From: Gemmatimonadales bacterium
Lineage (GTDB): Bacteria; Gemmatimonadota; Gemmatimonadetes; Gemmatimonadales; GWC2-71-9
Assembly: GCA_036003865.1 (NCBI GenBank)
Contig: DASYRZ010000054.1
Location: 28,445 to 60,444 of the forward strand
Reading direction: 5' to 3'
DNA length: 32,000 bases
The position numbers were made by a program, and so were the translations under genes. Below the pieces are notes generated by a model. The model saw only the letters and a program-made list of their open reading frames with translations. It searched no databases and was not told where the DNA came from. Positions 29,354 to 32,000 of the stretch are shown piece after piece. Within the stretch, counting starts at the first letter, position 1; each line of letters begins with the position of its first letter.

Positions 29354-32000
29354 ATGCGTTCTACAATCGTCCGTGCGGCCCGACTTGGTGCCCTTGGTGC
29401 GCTCCTGACTATCGCGACGTGCACGGAGCCGCAAGAGCCGACGCTTCCCCCCTCACCAAGTGGGCCCAGCGCCGACGTCGTTGGGAACGATCCCGTCTTC
29501 GTGGGCGCGGGCGACATCGCGCAATGTGATAGCCGGAGCTACGCCACCGACACACTGCTGCAGGGGATCCCCGGAACGGTGTTCACGGTCGGTGACAACG
29601 CCTACCCCGACGGCTCTGACGCCGACTTTACGAATTGCTACAACCCGACCTGGGGGAGAGAGAAGGCCCGCACCTATCCAGCCATCGGCAATCACGAGTA
29701 CAGTCTCGGCAACGCGAACGGATACTTCAATTATTTCGGGCAGTCGTTCGGGTACCCAAACGCCTATTACAGCTACAACCTCGGCAGCTGGCACATCGTC
29801 GTCCTGAACAGCATGGGCGACCCGTTCGTTTCCATTGCCGACGGTTCACCCCAGCTGCAGTGGCTCAAGGCCGATCTCGCCGCGAACCAGAGCCTTTGTT
29901 CGCTCGCGATCTGGCACCATTCGCGCTTTTACTCACCCCTCTCGAACACCGACTCCGGTGTAGACAACGACACGAAACCACTGTGGGTCGCGGTGAACAA
30001 CGGCGGCGTCGACGTGGTACTCACCGGCCACGAGCATCAGTACGAGCGGTTCGCTCCACAAGACAATGACGGCAATCTCGATCTTGAAACGGGCCTCAGG
30101 TCCTTCGTGGTCGGAACGGGAGGGTCCGGTCTGGCCGGCCCCAACTTCACCAGCACGCGTCGCAACAGTGAGGTCAAGAACGGCGTGACGTGGGGCGTGT
30201 TCAAGATGACGCTCCACCCTACGAGCTACGACTGGAAATTCATTCCCATCAAAGGGCAGACCTTCGCCGATTCCGGCAGCGCGTCGTGCCACGGCACACG
30301 GCCGGTTGTGAGCGCCGGCTACGATCAGGTCGTCGCGCCCAATGTTCCGCTCAACTTGATCGTGACGTTCACGGACTACGACAACAGCACCCCCTGGAAC
30401 TACACGATCAACTGGGGCGACGGGTCTACAACGAGCGGCACCACCACCACGCCCGCCCCGGTCGACAGTATTCGGGCCAACCACACCTATGTGACGACCG
30501 GGCAGTACCTCCTGACGGTCGCGGTGACCGACAATACCGGGCTGACGGGCTCGAGTAAGGCGAACGTGACCGTGACGAACGCCAACATCCTCGTCGCCGC
30601 CGGCAACATCTCGCGCTGCGATACGCAGAACGACGACCGCACCGCGGATCTGCTCGACCGCGTCGGCGGCACGGTGGTCACGGTCGGCGACAACACGTAC
30701 GCGAGCGGCTCGCTCACCGAATTCCAGAACTGCTATGCGCCCACGTGGGGACGTTCGCTGCCGCGCACGTTGCCGGTGCCCGGCGACAAGGATTACCAGA
30801 CCTCCGGCGCCTCCGGCTATTTCTCGTACTTCGGCGCGGCCGCGGGGCAGGCCGGGAAGGGCTACTACAGCTATGATCTCGGCACCTGGCACATCATCGC
30901 GATGAACAGCAGCATCTCCACCGCGGCGGGGTCGGCCCAGGAGCTGTGGCTCAAGGCGGATCTCGCGGCGACGAATAAGCGGTGCATCCTGGCGTACTTC
31001 CACTATCCGCTGTTCGGGTCCCAGAGCGGGTCGCAGGTGTGGGGCTCCGTGCAGCCGCTCTGGAACGATTTATACGCAGCCCGCGCGGACGTCGTGTTGG
31101 GCTCGCACTTCCAGTTCTACGAGCGCTTCGCGCAGCAAACCCCTGCGGGAGTCCGGGACTCGCTGGGCGGCATCCGCGAGTTTGTGGTCGGCACGGGTGG
31201 CCAAAGCTGGACCTCCTTCGGCACGCCGTTCCCGACGAGTCAGGTGCGGTCGACCCAGACCTGGGGTGTCCTGAAGCTCACGCTGAACTCCACGAGCTAT
31301 AGCTGGCAATTCCTTCCGATCCAGGGCCAGACCTTTACTGATGCAGGGAGTACCGACTGCCATACGAAGGGAGCCGTTGCGTCCGTCGCCGTGAGTCCGA
31401 GTGCGGCATTCCCCGCGCCGGGCGGGACTGTGCAGCTCACCGCCACGCCGCGGGACGGGAGCGGCAACGCGTTGCTCGATCGCGTGGTGACGTGGTCCAG
31501 CTCCAATACGGCCATCGCGACGGTGTCGGCCAACGGTCTCGTGACGGCGGTAACTTCAGGGTCGGCGACGATCACCGCCAGAAGCGAGGGCAAGAGCGGA
31601 ACGGCGGCGATTACGGTGACCTCCGCGCCCGTCGCGACCGTGACCGTGAGCCCCTCCGCGGCGACGATCATCGCGGGCTACACGCAGCAACTCAGCGCGA
31701 CCCTGTTTGACGCGAACGGCAATGTGCTCACCGGGCGGGTCGTGACGTGGGCCAGCGACAACCCCGCGGTCGCCACCGTCTCGAACGCGGGACTCGTGAC
31801 CGCGGTAGCGCCCGGTACGGCGCACGTCAGCGCGACGAGCGAGGGCAAGAGCGGAAGCTCCACCATAACGGTGAACCCCGCGCCCGTGGCGTCGGTGAGT
31901 GTGAGTCCCACCGCCGCGACGGTGGGGGTCGGCGCCACCCAGCAGATCACGGCAACGCTCCGTGATGCGCTGGGCAATATCCTGACCGGTCGGGTCATCA
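29354..32000 (+). CDS. Lipoprotein E (3' end outside the window): MPE - PKD-like - MPE* - Big_2 x3 or more
   Basis: This ORF is absent from the ORF track because it has no stop in the window, and it was read manually from the ATG at 29354. The N-terminus is MRSTIVRAARLGALGALLTIATC. Domain 1 has GAGDIAQCD, GDNAYPDG, GNHEY (29687-29701) and GHEHQYERF (30026-30052). Domain 2 has AAGNISRCD, GDKDY (30782-30796) and GSHFQFYERF (31100-31129). Big_2 repeats run from ~31375 (VQLTATPRDGSGN..., TQQLSATLFDANGN..., TQQITATLRDALGN...). Confidence 0.8.
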   Translation, partial: MRSTIVRAARLGALGALLTIATCTEPQEPTLPPSPSGPSADVVGNDPVFVGAGDIAQCDSRSYATDTLLQGIPGTVFTVGDNAYPDGSDADFTNCYNPTWGREKARTYPAIGNHEYSLGNANGYFNYFGQSFGYPNAYYSYNLGSWHIVVLNSMGDPFVSIADGSPQLQWLKADLAANQSLCSLAIWHHSRFYSPLSNTDSGVDNDTKPLWVAVNNGGVDVVLTGHEHQYERFAPQDNDGNLDLETGLRSFVVGTGGSGLAGPNFTSTRRNSEVKNGVTWGVFKMTLHPTSYDWKFIPIKGQTFADSGSASCHGTRPVVSAGYDQVVAPNVPLNLIVTFTDYDNSTPWNYTINWGDGSTTSGTTTTPAPVDSIRANHTYVTTGQYLLTVAVTDNTGLTGSSKANVTVTNANILVAAGNISRCDTQNDDRTADLLDRVGGTVVTVGDNTYASGSLTEFQNCYAPTWGRSLPRTLPVPGDKDYQTSGASGYFSYFGAAAGQAGKGYYSYDLGTWHIIAMNSSISTAAGSAQELWLKADLAATNKRCILAYFHYPLFGSQSGSQVWGSVQPLWNDLYAARADVVLGSHFQFYERFAQQTPAGVRDSLGGIREFVVGTGGQSWTSFGTPFPTSQVRSTQTWGVLKLTLNSTSYSWQFLPIQGQTFTDAGSTDCHTKGAVASVAVSPSAAFPAPGGTVQLTATPRDGSGNALLDRVVTWSSSNTAIATVSANGLVTAVTSGSATITARSEGKSGTAAITVTSAPVATVTVSPSAATIIAGYTQQLSATLFDANGNVLTGRVVTWASDNPAVATVSNAGLVTAVAPGTAHVSATSEGKSGSSTITVNPAPVASVSVSPTAATVGVGATQQITATLRDALGNILTGRVI

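Overview
High-G+C bacterial chromosomal segment, judged by eye; a Gemmatimonadota- or FCB-like origin is only a guess. The left half (1-16.1 kb) holds mostly housekeeping genes on the + strand: the 3' end of an outer-membrane receptor, an S8 lipoprotein protease, a BtuF-like binding protein, recO, selB, a small FlgD-Ig/T9SS-type CTD protein, an IS3/RAYT transposase graveyard with a REP-like hairpin, alaS, a translationally coupled hyp-pcrB(GGGPS)-gmhA-SDR chain, cca, zupT, an antisense four-helix-bundle (23S-IVS/Avd-like) cassette, and rarA. The right half (16.2-32 kb) is an accessory cell-surface island. It starts with a candidate GEMM-I (c-di-GMP/cGAMP class) riboswitch. This is followed by five predicted lipoproteins built from Big_2 and PKD Ig-like domains, purple-acid-phosphatase-like metallophosphoesterase (MPE) domains, some of them catalytically degenerate, and an uncharacterised Cys/His-rich ~415-aa domain that is probably a beta-propeller. 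The island also carries a FemAB-like acyltransferase and a divergent DegT aminotransferase/GT4 glycosyltransferase pair. The two features that gene annotation does not explain are listed here. (1) The riboswitch-headed, duplicated 'MPE lipoprotein + propeller lipoprotein' module includes a 62-proline linker, G/C homopolymers and a G-quadruplex-type repeat. (2) A dispersed family of 7-nt-period G-rich micro-repeats, (GGGAAAC)n and (GGGGAMT)n, sits in frame inside alaS, the SDR gene, cca and rarA, and occurs as inverted pairs, one of which brackets the four-helix-bundle cassette. No rRNA, tRNA or CRISPR array was seen. All calls come from reading the sequence and ORF translations, with no searches run. 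Many long ORFs in the track are high-GC antisense shadows or artificial 5' extensions.
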